Notes: a model not told the origin generated them from the letters alone. A DNA stretch of 64,000 nt from Gammaproteobacteria bacterium (GCA_026706595.1 JAPOYL010000013.1:75705-139704), one strand, 5' to 3'. Positions 29,391 to 42,222 are shown, counted from the stretch's first letter. A program made the numbers and translations.

Positions 29391-30455
29391 TCAGTCAAAC
29401 CAGGGCGGGATTTGCAGGTACAGCAAAACACCCTCCACCACGATCCAGATCAAGGTTATGGGCAGCAACACTTTCCAGCCCAGGCGCATGATCTGGTCAT
29501 ACCGGTAGCGGGGGAACGTGGCGCGAAACCACAGGAAGCAAAAAATGAAAAAGCTGGTTTTGGCGATAAACCAGTGTGCCCCGGATCCCAGCAGCACACC
29601 GATGACCGGCAGGTGAAAAGTGTGTGCCGGAAGGATGCCTTCCAGGGGGCTGAGCCAGCCACCCAGAAACAGCAGCGCCGTGAGTGCGGAGATCAGGATG
29701 ATGTTGGCGTACTCGGCCAGGAAGAACATTGCAAACCCCATCCCCGAGTACTCGACGTGAAATCCCGCAACGATCTCGGACTCGCCCTCGACCACGTCAA
29801 AGGGCGCGCGATTGGTCTCCGCGATGCCGGCAATCAGGTAGGTCAGGAAAAGCGGCAACAGGGGCAACCAGTACCAGTTGAGGATGCTGCCCTGCTGGGC
29901 CATGACGATGTCGCCGAGGTTCAGGCTGCCGCTTGCCATGAGCACGCCGACCAGTGCAAATCCCATGGCGATCTCGTAGGACACGATCTGGGCGGCGGAC
30001 CGCAAGGAGCCCAGCAATGCGTATTTGGAGTTCGAGGCCCAGCCGGCAACGATCACGCCGTAGACACCCAGTGAGGTCATGGCCAGTATGTACAGCAACC
30101 CCGCATTGATATCGGCAAAGTTCAGGTGCTCTGAGAACGGGATCACGGCCCAGGCGGCAAGGGCCGGGGCCATGGACAGCAGCGGTGCGGTGCGAAACAG
30201 AAAGCGGTCGGCATCATTGGGCAGGATCATTTCCTTGAACATCAGCTTGAGGGCATCGGCAATCGGCTGACCCAGACCTTGGGGACCTACCCGGTTCGGA
30301 CCCAGTCGCACCTGCATGAAACCGAGGACCCTGCGCTCGGCCAGGGTGGCGTACGCCACGCAGGCAAAAAGCACCAGGATAAACACCAGCATGTAGGCCA
30401 CGGTCAGCAGCAGTGGCGGAAACGGTGCGACCAGATTTTGCCACCAGTCAATCAT
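29391..30455 (-). CDS. nuoH: NADH-quinone oxidoreductase subunit H
   Basis: 354 aa, ND1-like. Motifs [12 protein letters not shown] and [23 protein letters not shown]. Confidence 0.96.
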   Translation of the reverse strand: MIDWWQNLVAPFPPLLLTVAYMLVFILVLFACVAYATLAERRVLGFMQVRLGPNRVGPQGLGQPIADALKLMFKEMILPNDADRFLFRTAPLLSMAPALAAWAVIPFSEHLNFADINAGLLYILAMTSLGVYGVIVAGWASNSKYALLGSLRSAAQIVSYEIAMGFALVGVLMASGSLNLGDIVMAQQGSILNWYWLPLLPLFLTYLIAGIAETNRAPFDVVEGESEIVAGFHVEYSGMGFAMFFLAEYANIILISALTALLFLGGWLSPLEGILPAHTFHLPVIGVLLGSGAHWFIAKTSFFIFCFLWFRATFPRYRYDQIMRLGWKVLLPITLIWIVVEGVLLYLQIPPWFD

Positions 30456-32835
30456 GATCGAGCCTTAGCCTTTGTACCTCTACCGGTGCGATGGCATCTC
30501 CCAGCACATCAACGTGCCGCGCACTCCTTTGCACCCACACGCAGCCCATGGGCAAGTCCGGATCGAGTTCCAGCCTCAATACCTTCGGGCGACCGTCCTG
30601 CACGATGCGGACCTCATCTTCATCCAGCACCCCCAGCTCGCGGGCCTGGCGTTCGCACATGGCAACACCAGGTGAGCGCTCAAACGGGGTTTGCTGCAGG
30701 GAGTCTGCACGGCGCACAACATTGTCGACCGCATACATGGGGGTCGCGGATACGCGATACATCCCGTCCGCGGTTGCCTGCACATTGACAGCCTTCGATT
30801 CATGCAGGCGGCCTTCAAATCCGGTGGCCTCCCCTGTCTGGGCCTTGATTTCATCCAGAACCTGTTGACAGGACTCATGTGCGAAGCCCTCAAGGCCAAA
30901 ATGCTCTCCCAGAACGCGCAGGATGCGCCAGGCTGGTCTTGCCTGACCGGGAGGATTGATGGCCGGGTCTGCGGTCTGCCAGCGTCCCTCGGCATTCACG
31001 TACGTACCGCGCGTTTCCGCAAACGTGGCAATCGGAAGGATCACGTCCGCATAGCCGCGCATGGATTCGCTCAAGTAGGGGGTAAAGATGACTACAAACT
31101 CAGCATCCTGCATTGCCTTGAGTGCACCCGGCGCACTGGCAAAATCAAATTCCGGCTCGAGATTGAAAAGCACAAAGGCCTTGCAGGGCCCTGCAAGCAT
31201 CTCGGTAACGTTCAGGCCTGCATCGGGGTTGGGGGCACCGCCCGCAAGGCGATGCGGCAACATGCCGCACAGCCAGGCTCCGGCCGTGTTGCCGGCCTGT
31301 GGAAGAATCCCGAGATTGGCACCGGTATGGCGGGCAAGAAAAGCGCCCAGTGCCCGCAATGCCGAGGCCTGGGGGTGGGTTTCCAACATCGCGCCCAGAA
31401 AAACGGTGGAGGTGCCCGCCTGGCTCAGTAACTCATAAAAATGCTGGGCATACATGGATGGAGAGGCCTGCTCCACGATTTCTCTCAGTTCATGAGGAAG
31501 ATCTTTCAAGTCATTGTCAGGTATACACTTTACAATTTCGGCCAAGGCATGAAGCCAGGCCTGTGGAGCCTGGTTCCAGGTCACCTGCCCTGCAAAAAGA
31601 AAATCAAGATCCCGGGAATTCAGCGCGATCACCTGGCAACCCCTGGCCGAGGCCTTGCGGATCCGGTGAGCCAGCATGGGCTGCTCCAGACGGATGTCGC
31701 AGCCGATGAGAAATACTGCATCATTCTGTTCCACGGATTCGATGGACTGTCCCAGGTTCGGAAACAGGGGCATGTACTCCTGGTCGGTGAAATCGGCCTG
31801 CCGGACCCGGTGGTCGATATTCTGGATGCCAAGGCCACGAAACAGCTTTTGCAACAGGTACAACTCTTCCAGGGTAGAGTGCGGCGCTGCCATTACCCCG
31901 ACCTCCTCCGGCCTGAATTGCCGGATCTTCTGGGCCACCTGTTTCAGGCTTGCAGGCCAGCTGCTGGCTTCCCATTTGTGCGCACCCCTGACCAGCGGTT
32001 CAGTGGCCCGGTCAGGGGTATGCAGGCCCTCGTAGCTGAACCGGTCTCGGTCCGGGATCCAGGTTTCGTTCAACTCGTCATTTTCCCTGGGCACCACCCG
32101 CACAACCGTGTTGCGCAGTACATGCATGTAGATATTCGAACCCACCCCGTCATGCGGGGCCAGTCCTGCATGTTGCAGCATTTCCCAGGAGCGTGCGCGC
32201 ATGCGTGAAGGCTTGGCATTCAGCGCTCCCACCGGACACACATCGATGACATTTCCGGACAGCTCGGAAGTCAGCGCGCGCTCGACATAAGTGCCGATTT
32301 CCATGAATTCTCCACGCCCGGTAGCACCCAGTTCACGGATCCCCGCCACCTCGCTGCCAAACCGCACACAGCGTGTGCAGTGTATACAGCGCGTCATGTC
32401 GGTTGAGACCAGTGGACCCAGGTCCTTGTCTGCGACCACACGCTTTCGTTCCGTGTAGCGTGAGACATCCTCCCCGTACCCCATCGCCGTATCCTGCAAC
32501 TCGCATTCCCCACCCTGATCGCATACCGGGCAATCCAGCGGATGGTTGATCAACAGGAATTCCATGGTGCTCTTTTGGGCATCGAGGGCGGCCGGGGAAT
32601 GGGTGTAGACCCGCATGCCTTCTGCCACCGGAGTCGCGCAGGCCGGCAAGGGCTTGGGTGCCTTTTCGACCTCCACCATGCACATGCGGCAATTGGCGGC
32701 TACGGACAGGTTCTTGTGGTAGCAAAAGCGCGGGATCCGGATGTCGTGCCGGTCCGCAACCTCGATCAGCATGGCACCTTTCGAGGCATGGACCTCCCGG
32801 TCATTGATAAAAAGCTGGACCTGCTCTTCAGACAT
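30448..32835 (-). CDS. nuoG: NADH-quinone oxidoreductase subunit G
   Basis: 795 aa. N-terminal Fe-S Cys clusters ([39 protein letters not shown]) followed by a molybdopterin-oxidoreductase-like domain. Confidence 0.95.
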   Translation of the reverse strand: MSEEQVQLFINDREVHASKGAMLIEVADRHDIRIPRFCYHKNLSVAANCRMCMVEVEKAPKPLPACATPVAEGMRVYTHSPAALDAQKSTMEFLLINHPLDCPVCDQGGECELQDTAMGYGEDVSRYTERKRVVADKDLGPLVSTDMTRCIHCTRCVRFGSEVAGIRELGATGRGEFMEIGTYVERALTSELSGNVIDVCPVGALNAKPSRMRARSWEMLQHAGLAPHDGVGSNIYMHVLRNTVVRVVPRENDELNETWIPDRDRFSYEGLHTPDRATEPLVRGAHKWEASSWPASLKQVAQKIRQFRPEEVGVMAAPHSTLEELYLLQKLFRGLGIQNIDHRVRQADFTDQEYMPLFPNLGQSIESVEQNDAVFLIGCDIRLEQPMLAHRIRKASARGCQVIALNSRDLDFLFAGQVTWNQAPQAWLHALAEIVKCIPDNDLKDLPHELREIVEQASPSMYAQHFYELLSQAGTSTVFLGAMLETHPQASALRALGAFLARHTGANLGILPQAGNTAGAWLCGMLPHRLAGGAPNPDAGLNVTEMLAGPCKAFVLFNLEPEFDFASAPGALKAMQDAEFVVIFTPYLSESMRGYADVILPIATFAETRGTYVNAEGRWQTADPAINPPGQARPAWRILRVLGEHFGLEGFAHESCQQVLDEIKAQTGEATGFEGRLHESKAVNVQATADGMYRVSATPMYAVDNVVRRADSLQQTPFERSPGVAMCERQARELGVLDEDEVRIVQDGRPKVLRLELDPDLPMGCVWVQRSARHVDVLGDAIAPVEVQRLRLDHD

Positions 32836-32850
32836 CGCGCTCGACTCCCC

Positions 32851-34155
32851 TCATCCCGCAATCCGCTGCGGAATCTGCCCGTCCAGCAGGCTACATCCCC
32901 GTTCGATATAGTGCACAAACTCCTCGCGGTAATGCCGGATAAAGCTGTGCACCGGCATGGCGGCTGCATCACCCAGCGCGCAGATAGTCCTGCCTTCAAT
33001 CTTGCGGGCCACATCATCCAGTTTCTCGATGTCTTCCATCTGGCCCTTGCCGTCGACGATTCGGCAGAGCATGCGGTACAACCAGCCGGTGCCTTCACGG
33101 CAAGGTGTGCACTGGCCACAGGATTCCGAAAAATAAAACCGCGAGATCCGCTGCAGGACCTTGACCATGTCCGTGCTGTCATCCATGACTACCACGGCCC
33201 CGGACCCCAGCAGGGAACCGGCCTGGGCAATCGATTCGTAGTCCATGCATACGTTCAGCATGACCTCGCCCGGGACGACCGGCACCGAAGAACCTCCCGG
33301 GATCACTGCTTTCAGCGTGTGTCCTGTGCGGATTCCTCCTGCAAGTTCAAGGAGTTCAGCAAAGGGCATACCAAGCGGGACTTCAAAGTTGCCCGGGCGG
33401 TTCACATGCCCGGACACCGAAAAGCACTTCGTGCCACCGCTTTTCTCCACTCCCAGGGCCGAGAACCATTCAGCTCCCTTGCGCATGATGGCCGGCACCG
33501 AGGCAAAGGTCTCCGTGTTGTTGATGGTAGTGGGCTGTCCGTACAGGCCGTAGCTGGCCGGGAACGGTGGCTTGAACCGCGGCAGGCCCTTCTTGCCCTC
33601 GAGCGATTCCAGCAGCGCAGTTTCCTCGCCACAAATGTATGCACCCGCCCCCAGTGTGTCGTACAGGTAGAAGGTAAAGTCCGAACCCAGAACATTGTCC
33701 CCCAGGTAGCCCGCCGAGTACGCCTCGTTCAGGGCTTCCACAAAACGCAGGTACGGCTCACCGGAAAACTCTCCGCGGATATAGTTGTAGCCCACCGATG
33801 CCTGCATGGCATAGCCGGCAATGGCCATCCCCTCGATCACGGCGTGCGGGTTGTAGCGCAGGATGTCGCGATCCTTGCAGGTGCCGGGCTCGGATTCATC
33901 CGAGTTGCACACGACGTAACGCTGGATTCCTGTACCCTGCGGCATGAAGCTCCACTTCAGCCCGGTGGGAAACCCCGCGCCCCCGCGACCACGCAGACCG
34001 GAGGCCTTGACCTGCTCGATGACCTCGCCAGGCGAGATGTTTTCCTGCAGGATTTTTTCCCAGGCCGAGTACCCTCCAACGCTGATGTAGTTCTCCAGCG
34101 TCCACGGCTGGTCGAATTTCAGGGTCTCGTAGCAAACGTTGTTCAGTTGAGGCAT
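32851..34155 (-). CDS. nuoF: NADH-quinone oxidoreductase subunit F
   Basis: 434 aa. NADH/FMN site [19 protein letters not shown] and 4Fe-4S motif [12 protein letters not shown]. Confidence 0.97.
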   Translation of the reverse strand: MPQLNNVCYETLKFDQPWTLENYISVGGYSAWEKILQENISPGEVIEQVKASGLRGRGGAGFPTGLKWSFMPQGTGIQRYVVCNSDESEPGTCKDRDILRYNPHAVIEGMAIAGYAMQASVGYNYIRGEFSGEPYLRFVEALNEAYSAGYLGDNVLGSDFTFYLYDTLGAGAYICGEETALLESLEGKKGLPRFKPPFPASYGLYGQPTTINNTETFASVPAIMRKGAEWFSALGVEKSGGTKCFSVSGHVNRPGNFEVPLGMPFAELLELAGGIRTGHTLKAVIPGGSSVPVVPGEVMLNVCMDYESIAQAGSLLGSGAVVVMDDSTDMVKVLQRISRFYFSESCGQCTPCREGTGWLYRMLCRIVDGKGQMEDIEKLDDVARKIEGRTICALGDAAAMPVHSFIRHYREEFVHYIERGCSLLDGQIPQRIAG

Positions 34156-34159
34156 CGAT

Positions 34160-34657
34160 TCAGTCCAGCGCTTCGAGGATTCTGTCCACTTTTTCGATCG
34201 TCAGGTTCTCCTCATAGTCGTGATTGACCTGCATCATGGGTGCACCGCAGCACCCCGCGAGACACTCCTCCTCCCTTTTCAGGAAAAACTTGCCGTCTGG
34301 CGTACTTTCACCCAGCCCGATGCCGAGCTTGTGCTCGAGGTGTTCGACGATCTTGTCCGCACCGCACAGCATGCAGGAAAGATTCGTACAGACTGCCAGG
34401 GTGTGCCTGCCCACCGGTTTGAGTACGAACATGGAGTAAAACGATGCAACTTCGTACACGGCGATGGGGGGCATGTCCAGGTAGGCCGCCACCGCATCCA
34501 TCTTCTCGGTCTTCAGGTAGCCGTCCTCATGCTGCAGGGCACGCAGGGCACCCAGCACGGCAGACTGCTTCTGGTCGACCGGGTAGCGGGCCAGCCAGTC
34601 CTCCACCTCGCCACGCACATAGTCAGACAACGCCACCGGTGAGTCAGCTTGCGTCAT
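34160..34657 (-). CDS. nuoE: NADH-quinone oxidoreductase subunit E
   Basis: 165 aa. Thioredoxin-like 2Fe-2S Cys pattern ([10 protein letters not shown] .. CLAGCCGAP). Confidence 0.95.
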   Translation of the reverse strand: MTQADSPVALSDYVRGEVEDWLARYPVDQKQSAVLGALRALQHEDGYLKTEKMDAVAAYLDMPPIAVYEVASFYSMFVLKPVGRHTLAVCTNLSCMLCGADKIVEHLEHKLGIGLGESTPDGKFFLKREEECLAGCCGAPMMQVNHDYEENLTIEKVDRILEALD

Positions 34658-35907
34658 CGGTCGATCTCTCCGAATACGATGTCCTGGGTGCCGATGATTG
34701 CGACGACATCGGCCAGCATGTGGCCCCGCGACATCTCATCTAGTGCAGCCAGGTGGGCAAACCCGGGAGCACGGATTTTCAGGCGGTACGGCTTGTTGGC
34801 ACCGTCCGACACCAGGTAGATCCCCATCTCGCCCTTCGGGTGCTCAATGGCACTGTAGACCTCGCCCTTCGGCAGACAGTAGCCCTCGGTGAACAGCTTG
34901 AAATGGTGGATAAGCTCCTCCATCCCCATCTTCATCTGGGTTCGCGCAGGAGGGGAAATCTTGTGGTTGTCCACCATCACCGGCCCCGGATGGGCACGCA
35001 GCCAGTTGACACACTGGCGGATAATTTCATTGGCCTGGCGCATCTCCTCGATGCGTACCAGGTAGCGGTCGTAACAATCCCCGTTGACCCCGACCGGGAC
35101 CTGGAAGTCCAGGTGTTCATACACCTCGTACGGCTGCTTGCGCCGCAAATCCCACTCGATTCCGGAACCGCGCAGCATGGGGCCGGTAAAGCCCAGTTGC
35201 AGGGCACGCTCCGGGCTCACGATGCCGATATCAACCGTGCGCTGTTTCCAGATCCTGTTCTCGGTCAGCAGGGTTTCATACTCATCCACGCACGCGGGAA
35301 AACGCCACGTGAAGTCCTCGATGAAGTCGAGCAGCGAGCCCGTGCGTGCCTGATTGAGTCTCGCGACATCCTTCTTGTCGTGCCAGCGGGATTCCACATA
35401 CTTGGGCATCTGCGCAGGCAGGTCGCGGTGTACCCCACCCGGTCGGTAGTAGGTGGCGTGCATGCGTGCTCCGGATACCGCCTCGTAGCAGTCCATCAGG
35501 TCCTCACGCTCACGAAAGGCATACAGGAACACCGTCATGGCCCCGATATCCAGTGCATGGGCACCCAGCCACAGCAGATGGTTGAGGATCCGCGTGATCT
35601 CATCAAACATGACCCGGATGTACTGGGCGCGAACCGGCACCTCAAGACCCACCAGTTTTTCGATGGCTAGCACATAGACGTGCTCATTGCACATCATGGA
35701 AACGTAATCGAGGCGGTCCATGTACCCGATGCTGTGGTTGTAGGGCTTGCTTTCTGCAAGCTTCTCCGTCGCACGGTGCAGCAGACCGATATGCGGGTCC
35801 GCCCGCTGTACGACCTCGCCCTCCATTTCCAAGACCAGCCGCAGGACCCCGTGGGCGGCTGGGTGCTGGGGCCCGAAATTCATGGTGTAGTTGCGAAGCT
35901 CAGGCAT
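34654..35907 (-). CDS. nuoD: NADH-quinone oxidoreductase subunit D
   Basis: 49-kDa subunit signature [15 protein letters not shown]. The ATG at 35907 overlaps the nuoC stop (ATGCCTGA). The track ORF extends to 35946. Confidence 0.95.
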   Translation of the reverse strand: MPELRNYTMNFGPQHPAAHGVLRLVLEMEGEVVQRADPHIGLLHRATEKLAESKPYNHSIGYMDRLDYVSMMCNEHVYVLAIEKLVGLEVPVRAQYIRVMFDEITRILNHLLWLGAHALDIGAMTVFLYAFREREDLMDCYEAVSGARMHATYYRPGGVHRDLPAQMPKYVESRWHDKKDVARLNQARTGSLLDFIEDFTWRFPACVDEYETLLTENRIWKQRTVDIGIVSPERALQLGFTGPMLRGSGIEWDLRRKQPYEVYEHLDFQVPVGVNGDCYDRYLVRIEEMRQANEIIRQCVNWLRAHPGPVMVDNHKISPPARTQMKMGMEELIHHFKLFTEGYCLPKGEVYSAIEHPKGEMGIYLVSDGANKPYRLKIRAPGFAHLAALDEMSRGHMLADVVAIIGTQDIVFGEIDR

Positions 35908-36619
35908 CGTTCTCTTGGGATTCGCCTGATTCAAAACGGTAGTCATCGCGGATCACCTTGGGTACGGTGATGCGGGGCTCAATGGATACCGGCTGGTAAA
36001 TGACGCGTTTTTGTTCGGGGTCGTAACGCACTTCGACATGACCCACCAGCGGGAAATCCTTGCGAAACGGATGCCCGGTAAAACCGTAGTCGGTGAGGAT
36101 TCGGCGAAGGTCGGGATGACCTTCGAAGATGATTCCGTACAGGTCAAAGGCCTCGCGTTCGTACCAGTCCGCCGAGGCCCAGATGTGATGCACGGAAGGC
36201 ACCATGGGCAGTTCATCGTCATCGCAGAAAACCCGCACACGCAGCCGCTGATTGCAGGCGACGGAAAGCAGGTGATAAACCACGGCAAAACGTGGATTCT
36301 CTAGTGTCCGAGCCTGCGCCGGATCGTCAAAGGTAAAGCGCCCGAAAGAGGCTTTTTCCGCACCCCGGCTGAAACCGGCCGAGGTCGCACCATGCGTGCT
36401 CCACTCGCCAACTCCGTATTCCAGATAGTCCACCCCGGACAGGTCCACCAGCTGTTCGAAGCCGAACTCTGGTGTATCCCGCAGTGCCAGCATCGCCTCG
36501 TTGAGATCCCCGGGTTTTGCGGTCAGTGTGATCTCATCGTGTTCGATATCGAGGCTCTGCACCATGGAGGCCAGCACGCGCTGCAAGTCAGAACCGAGTT
36601 GATGGATACGCTCCCCCAT
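35900..36619 (-). CDS. nuoC: NADH-quinone oxidoreductase subunit C
   Basis: 239 aa. 30-kDa subunit motif [19 protein letters not shown] separate gene from nuoD. Confidence 0.95.
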   Translation of the reverse strand: MGERIHQLGSDLQRVLASMVQSLDIEHDEITLTAKPGDLNEAMLALRDTPEFGFEQLVDLSGVDYLEYGVGEWSTHGATSAGFSRGAEKASFGRFTFDDPAQARTLENPRFAVVYHLLSVACNQRLRVRVFCDDDELPMVPSVHHIWASADWYEREAFDLYGIIFEGHPDLRRILTDYGFTGHPFRKDFPLVGHVEVRYDPEQKRVIYQPVSIEPRITVPKVIRDDYRFESGESQENDA

Positions 36620-36631
36620 GATAACCAGGCC

Positions 36632-37108
36632 CTAGCGGGCAATGGTGCTCGTTCGGCGAATCTTGTTTTGCAGCTGGAGAATTCCGTACAGCAGAGCCTC
36701 GGCAGTTGGTGGACAACCGGGCACATAGACATCGACCGGCACGATGCGGTCACAGCCTCTCACCACGGCATAGGAGTAATGGTAGTACCCCCCGCCGTTC
36801 GCACACGAACCCATGGAGATCACCCACTTGGGTTCGGCCATCTGATCGTAGACCTTGCGCAGTGCCGGGGCCATCTTGTTGACCAGCGTACCGGCCACGA
36901 TCATGACATCGGACTGGCGCGGACTGGGCCGGAACATGACCCCGAAGCGGTCCATGTCATAGCGTGATGCTCCTGCATGCATCATCTCCACGGCACAACA
37001 GGCGAGCCCGAAGGTCATCGGCCACATGGAGCCGGTTCGCGCCCAGTTGATCAACTCATCCAGGCGGGTCGTGACAAACCCCTCTTTCAGGTAGCCTTCG
37101 ATGCCCAT
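36632..37108 (-). CDS. nuoB: NADH-quinone oxidoreductase subunit B
   Basis: 158 aa. N2-cluster cysteines [27 protein letters not shown]. Confidence 0.97.
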   Translation of the reverse strand: MGIEGYLKEGFVTTRLDELINWARTGSMWPMTFGLACCAVEMMHAGASRYDMDRFGVMFRPSPRQSDVMIVAGTLVNKMAPALRKVYDQMAEPKWVISMGSCANGGGYYHYSYAVVRGCDRIVPVDVYVPGCPPTAEALLYGILQLQNKIRRTSTIAR

Positions 37109-37174
37109 GTCAGTCCTGCATCAAGCTCTGGCTGTTGTATCGTTTCATGTCTCAATTCCCCTAGATCCCGCTGC

Positions 37175-37537
37175 CTAATCCCAGTCCAGTGCGCCTTTGC
37201 CCCACTCGTATATAAAGCCGACCGTGAGAATCACCAAAAACAGCGCCATGGACAAGAAACCCGCCAGGCCGAGCTCGCGAATGGCCACCGCCCAGGGAAA
37301 CAGAAAGGCAATCTCCAGATCAAATATGATGAACAGGATCGCAACCAGGTAGTACCGCACATCGAACTGCATGCGTGAATCCTCGAAGGCCTCGAAGCCA
37401 CATTCATAGGGAGAGTCCTTGGCTTCGTCACGGCGGCGGGGCCCCAACGCCAGGCCGAGCGCCATCGGGATCAGGCTCATAATCACGGCAAGGCCAATAA
37501 AGACAAGTACTGGAAGATAGTTTTCGAGCATTGCCAT
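37175..37537 (-). CDS. nuoA: NADH-quinone oxidoreductase subunit A
   Basis: 120 aa, ND3-like. [10 protein letters not shown] motif. Confidence 0.95.
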   Translation of the reverse strand: MAMLENYLPVLVFIGLAVIMSLIPMALGLALGPRRRDEAKDSPYECGFEAFEDSRMQFDVRYYLVAILFIIFDLEIAFLFPWAVAIRELGLAGFLSMALFLVILTVGFIYEWGKGALDWD

Positions 37538-37760
37538 TCCTTACAGGCAGTGGTTTTCAGTATTTGGCCGATATGTCAGGTTCTGGCAGATCAGTCCATG
37601 CAAGGCACATTGTGCCCATTCTATTGTATCTGAATTTGGGTACGTGCAAATTTCAGATGTGGGTAGGATGCCTTCTTGCACATCATGTCATGTAGCCACA
37701 GAAATTTCAGTCTATATCATTGTTTTCACAACATTTATACGGCCTTCAAATTCGGGCATC

Positions 37761-38354
37761 TTATCCGGGTATCAGAAAATCGAATCCCGCAAGGAAGATG
37801 TCCTGCATGGGTTTTCGCACCCTGGGACGGCTATCGCGGCTTGCGAATTCCTCGTCCGCATCCTCGGCTTTTCCAGGATAACCGATGGCAAGGCCCGTAA
37901 ACGGTTCAATGGAATCCGGCAGATCAAACACCTCCCGGGCCTTATCAGGATCGATCCCTACCATCTGGTGGACGCACAGGCCCCTTGCGGTAGCCTCAAG
38001 CGTCAGCTGGGCAGATGCTGCCCCCAGATCATGGACCGCTGCCTTGTTCGGTTTGCCGTTGTGCTCAAAGTTGTGCTCGACAAGACCAAGCGCCAGCACA
38101 GGCGCCCGCCCTGCCCAAGCCTGGTTGCCTTCAAGCAGAACGCTGAAAACCTGATCCCTTAGCGCATCGCTGTAGCCGAGTATGCCTACGATGTAACGCC
38201 AGGGCTGTGCATTGTAGGAAGACATCGTCCAGCGTGCGGCTTCAAACAGGGAACGCAGATCGTCTCTGGGGACAGCCCGGTCTGCAAACACGTAGGGGCT
38301 CCATCGTTTCCCGATCAATTCATGGACCGGGTATTCGGATTCGGCATTCTTCAT
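37761..38354 (-). CDS. Nitroreductase-family protein
   Basis: 197 aa. N-terminal RWSPYVF, ARWTMSSYNAQPWRY, and the overall FMN-nitroreductase fold pattern. Confidence 0.8.
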   Translation of the reverse strand: MKNAESEYPVHELIGKRWSPYVFADRAVPRDDLRSLFEAARWTMSSYNAQPWRYIVGILGYSDALRDQVFSVLLEGNQAWAGRAPVLALGLVEHNFEHNGKPNKAAVHDLGAASAQLTLEATARGLCVHQMVGIDPDKAREVFDLPDSIEPFTGLAIGYPGKAEDADEEFASRDSRPRVRKPMQDIFLAGFDFLIPG

Positions 38355-38574
38355 GAGTTAGATTCCTTCAAATATTGAAAAACTGATCGGATCGGGAAAA
38401 TGACCTGTAGCACCTTTGTTGGCTTCAATACCACAAAGCTCATTTTTACCTGGTCGCCTGTGAATTTCAGTCCAGTGGATGCATACCTATAAAAGCAGCA
38501 AAAACCTGCAGACAGGACCCCTCATATGCTCAGGTCATGGGTTTCCTGGCAGTCGCACACAAATGTATCTGGAA

Positions 38575-39249
38575 CTACCAGTAACCCAGCACAGTATAAT
38601 CTCCATCGATAATCAATCGAATGGACACATACAGTCCCAGCAACCCGAACAACACCCAGACAGCGGTTGCTCCCCAGATATAGATATAAGTATCAGCCTT
38701 GCTGATCAGTTCCTGCCTTCGGGAAACAAAAAAACTCACCCAGTAGACAGAACTCACATACGTCCATTGCCAAAACAGTATGACACCCAGAATTCCTGCG
38801 AACAGGGCTGGCATGAAGGCGGTTGTGAACGCCGCGTACAGAATCAGCGATGGGAGTGGGGTAAAAAACCCATTGGCAATGTCGACACTGAAGCCATATG
38901 TACGCCGGTCAGCATACGAATCGTCGTACATGCAATACGTAGCCCAGGCATCCGCCCAAAGAGTCGGGGACAGGATTTTTCTCAATGGAACCCGGGTGAC
39001 CAGGAATTCAACGGCCGGTGTCCGGCCGGTTTGCATACGCCGCTCACGCCAGTAACCAACGCGTTCTTCGATGTAATCCCTGCGCCAGAAAAGACAGGCT
39101 TCCCAATAGCAAATCAGCAGGTTGATGGAGAAGAAGAGACTTAACAGGCAGTAGTAGACGTTCAGATTTCCATTCAACCAAAGCCTCGAACCAATGCCGG
39201 TTGCGGTGAACACCGCAATAAAGACTACTGCAAACAGGCCAACCTGCAT
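38575..39249 (-). CDS. Polytopic membrane protein of unknown function (possible EXPERA/EBP-like fold)
   Basis: 224 aa with at least 4 hydrophobic segments. WATYCMYDDSYADRRTYGFSVDIANGFFTPL loosely resembles the [17 protein letters not shown]..GPL region of emopamil-binding-protein-type isomerases. Similarity judged by eye only. Confidence 0.6.
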   Translation of the reverse strand: MQVGLFAVVFIAVFTATGIGSRLWLNGNLNVYYCLLSLFFSINLLICYWEACLFWRRDYIEERVGYWRERRMQTGRTPAVEFLVTRVPLRKILSPTLWADAWATYCMYDDSYADRRTYGFSVDIANGFFTPLPSLILYAAFTTAFMPALFAGILGVILFWQWTYVSSVYWVSFFVSRRQELISKADTYIYIWGATAVWVLFGLLGLYVSIRLIIDGDYTVLGYW

Positions 39250-39399
39250 TTCAGACCAACCCTGCGTGTCTATCTGATGCTGACTGCCTTATGAAGGTTG
39301 CATGCATTTATAGTGATTGCTTTGAGTGGTCACTGGAAAAATATCACATCCAAGAACTATCCTTGCTTGTGTCTTGTGGTTTTCCAAGTACAGTTCAAA

Positions 39400-39486
39400 T
39401 GGTGCCGACGGCCGGACTCGAACCGGCACGAGGTTTCCCCCACTAGCCCCTCAAGCTAGCGCGTCTACCAATTCCGCCACGTCGGC
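39400..39486 (-). tRNA. leuU: tRNA-Leu (anticodon GAG)
   Basis: 87 nt. Acceptor GCCGACG/CGUCGGC plus ACCA, long variable arm, anticodon loop UUGAGGG. Lies directly downstream of secG as leuU does in E. coli. Confidence 0.92.
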
Positions 39487-39581
39487 TTACGCCTGGCTAT
39501 TCTAACGCAAGAGACAGATACACGAATCCCGACCCGTCCTGGAGGCAGGTCCATCACATGATTGGCAATGAAACCAGGAGG

Positions 39582-39989
39582 TCAGTTGGTGTCCGGGTCA
39601 GATACAGGGGCACCCACTTGAGGCACATCTGGCAGGTCGGATACGGTGGATTCCGGAATGACTTGCGCTTCCTCTGGACTTTCCTCCACGGGCATCTCAA
39701 CCACTTCTTCAATGACCTGTACCGACTGGTCAATCACACTTTCAGTGACAGGACGATGAGTGGCTAGATAAGCAAGCAGCAGGCTGTTGGCAAAAAACAA
39801 AGTCGCAAGAATTGCAGTAGCCCGCGTCAGGAAAGTAGACGATCCCCTGGCTCCAAACACGGTACCCGAGGCACCACTGCCGAATGCGGCACCGACATCA
39901 GCCCCCTTGCCGTGCTGGACCAGCACCAGACCGATAATTCCGATGGCTAACAGCACATCGACCGCAACCAGAATGCTATATAACATCAT
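39582..39989 (-). CDS. secG: Preprotein translocase subunit SecG
   Basis: 135 aa. LVLVQHGKGADVGAAFGSGASGTVFGARGSSTFLTR, followed by an acidic/Pro-rich tail. Confidence 0.93.
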   Translation of the reverse strand: MMLYSILVAVDVLLAIGIIGLVLVQHGKGADVGAAFGSGASGTVFGARGSSTFLTRATAILATLFFANSLLLAYLATHRPVTESVIDQSVQVIEEVVEMPVEESPEEAQVIPESTVSDLPDVPQVGAPVSDPDTN

Positions 39990-40028
39990 ATGCCTGTCTA
40001 CCTGTTCCTGTCCCTGATGAGAAGTCCT

Positions 40029-40781
40029 TTATGTCCCTGAGGCCGCAATTGCGACAAAGTCCTCTGCATTGAGTGATGCGCCCCCGATCAGGCCTCCATC
40101 AATATCATTTTCCTGCAACAACGCACTGGCATTTTCAGGTTTCATGCTGCCTCCATACAGGATGCGGATACGGTCTGCAATCCCTTCATCCTGCTTCCCT
40201 AGCCTGTCGCGGACAAATGCATGCACCTGCTGGGCCTGCCCCGGAGTTGCGGTCTTGCCTGTGCCAATCGCCCAGACGGGCTCATAGGCGATAACTGCTT
40301 TACCAAAGCCTTCAATTCCCGAACTTGCCAGCACGGCATCCAGCTGGCGTGCAATGACAGACTCGGTCTGTCCGCTCTCACGCTCATCCAGAGTTTCGCC
40401 AACACAAAGAATCGGAACCAGTGCATTTTCCCGGGCCTGTGCAAACTTTGCAGCCACCATCTCATCACTCTCTCCGTAGATGTGGCGCCTTTCAGAGTGC
40501 CCAACGATCACATACGTGCAGCCCAACTCCCTGATCATGGCTGCCGAAACTTCCCCCGTGTAAGCACCCTGTGCCTGATCAGAGCAATCCTGCGCGCCGA
40601 GCGGAATGCCAGTGTCCTGCAACAACTGACCTGCATGCTGCAGGTAGACGAACGGCGGGCACACGGCAACTTCGGTAGTCCCGACCGTGGAAATTTGCCC
40701 GGTAATCCCGGCAAGAAGTGCCGAGACTGACTCCAGCGAGCCGTTCAGTTTCCAGTTTCCTGCAACCAGAGGCTGGCGCAT
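40029..40781 (-). CDS. tpiA: Triose-phosphate isomerase
   Basis: 250 aa. AGNWKLNG, VGHSERR, CVGETLDERE, YEPVWAIGTG. Confidence 0.97.
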   Translation of the reverse strand: MRQPLVAGNWKLNGSLESVSALLAGITGQISTVGTTEVAVCPPFVYLQHAGQLLQDTGIPLGAQDCSDQAQGAYTGEVSAAMIRELGCTYVIVGHSERRHIYGESDEMVAAKFAQARENALVPILCVGETLDERESGQTESVIARQLDAVLASSGIEGFGKAVIAYEPVWAIGTGKTATPGQAQQVHAFVRDRLGKQDEGIADRIRILYGGSMKPENASALLQENDIDGGLIGGASLNAEDFVAIAASGT

Positions 40782-40887
40782 CAGGCGATTCGTCCGTTAA
40801 AAATTAAAAGTGCGCAGCTTACCCACCACGGCATGATTAAGCAAACTACGGTGAATATGCCGGATTATCTACAACCGGAGGCTGCGC

Positions 40888-42222
40888 TCAGCAGGATGCA
40901 GAGACCTGTTCTGCGATGTGTTGTGCCAGTTTCTCCACCTTCATGGCATCCACGCCCTCGACCATGACCCGCACCAGCGGTTCAGTGCCAGAAGGCCGTA
41001 ACAGCACACGTCCAGACTCGCCCAGATCCGACTCGGCATCCTTCACGACCTGCTGGATTTCAGGCGTGCTGTCTATGTCGATCTTGGACTGCACCGGGAT
41101 ATTGATCAGGGTCTGGGGGTACTTGTACATGCCGGACTTGGCTTCGTGCAGGCTCTTCTGTGCCGTCACCAGGATCTGCAGCACCTGCAATGCGGAAATG
41201 ATGGCGTCACAGGTCGTCATGCGATCCAGGCTGATGATATGACCGGACGGCTCCCCGCCAAGGATCCAGGAGTGTGCCTGCAGCATCTCCACGACATGGC
41301 GGTCTCCCACCGAGGCCCGCTTGAACCGGATTCCGGCATCCCGCAGGGCATGCTCCAGCCCAAGGTTGCTCATCTGGGTTCCAACGACACCGCCCTGCAG
41401 AGTATTTTCCGATTTCCGCGCCTGTGCAATCAGGAACAGCAGCTCATCCCCGTCCACGGTTGCACCGGTATGGTCTGCCATGATCAGCCGGTCCCCGTCT
41501 CCGTCAATCGCAATTCCCAGGTCGGCCTGATGCTCCAGTACCGCCGCACCCAAGACCTGGGGGTCATTGGCCCCGCAGTCCTCGTTAATGTTAAAGCCGT
41601 TGGGCTGCGATGCCGTGCTGATCACTTCCGCACCCAGTTCCGTGAACACGCTGGGCGCGATGTGGTAGGTGGCGCCGTGGGCACAATCGACCACGATTTT
41701 CAGACCGTTCAGCCGGATGTGGGTCGGTACGGTACTCTTGCAGAACTCGATGTAACGACCGGCAGCATCGTTGACCCGCTCCGCCTTGCCCAGCTTGTCC
41801 GCACTGACAACTTCCAGGGCACGCTCCATGCGGTTTTCAATTTCGATCTCCGCCTCATCAGATAGCTTCTTGCCTTCCGAGGAAAAGAACTTCACGCCGT
41901 TGTCGGTGTAGCAGTTGTGGGATGCACTGATGACGATGCCTGCCGCCGCCCGAAGTGTGCGTGTCAGGTAGGCCACGGCCGGAGTCGGCATGGGCCCCAG
42001 CAACCGGCTGTTGGCGCCAGCCGCGGACAGCCCCGCTTCCAGCCCGGACTCGAACATGTAGCCTGAGATCCGCGTATCCTTGCCGATCAGCACCAGGCTC
42101 CTGTCATCGGTACACAGTGCAGAACCGGCCGCCCAGCCAAGCTTGAGGACGAAATCCGGCGTCATCACGCCGTCGCCGACCCGGCCGCGTATCCCGTCCG
42201 TACCAAAAAATTTCCGCCCCAT
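40888..42222 (-). CDS. glmM: Phosphoglucosamine mutase
   Basis: 444 aa. FGTDGIRG and the active-site serine loop [16 protein letters not shown]. Confidence 0.96.
   Translation of the reverse strand: MGRKFFGTDGIRGRVGDGVMTPDFVLKLGWAAGSALCTDDRSLVLIGKDTRISGYMFESGLEAGLSAAGANSRLLGPMPTPAVAYLTRTLRAAAGIVISASHNCYTDNGVKFFSSEGKKLSDEAEIEIENRMERALEVVSADKLGKAERVNDAAGRYIEFCKSTVPTHIRLNGLKIVVDCAHGATYHIAPSVFTELGAEVISTASQPNGFNINEDCGANDPQVLGAAVLEHQADLGIAIDGDGDRLIMADHTGATVDGDELLFLIAQARKSENTLQGGVVGTQMSNLGLEHALRDAGIRFKRASVGDRHVVEMLQAHSWILGGEPSGHIISLDRMTTCDAIISALQVLQILVTAQKSLHEAKSGMYKYPQTLINIPVQSKIDIDSTPEIQQVVKDAESDLGESGRVLLRPSGTEPLVRVMVEGVDAMKVEKLAQHIAEQVSASC

Noticed and set aside
32542-34227. 561-aa plus-strand ORF
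   Set aside because: It is antisense to nuoG/nuoF, both of which have unambiguous Fe-S and FMN motifs.
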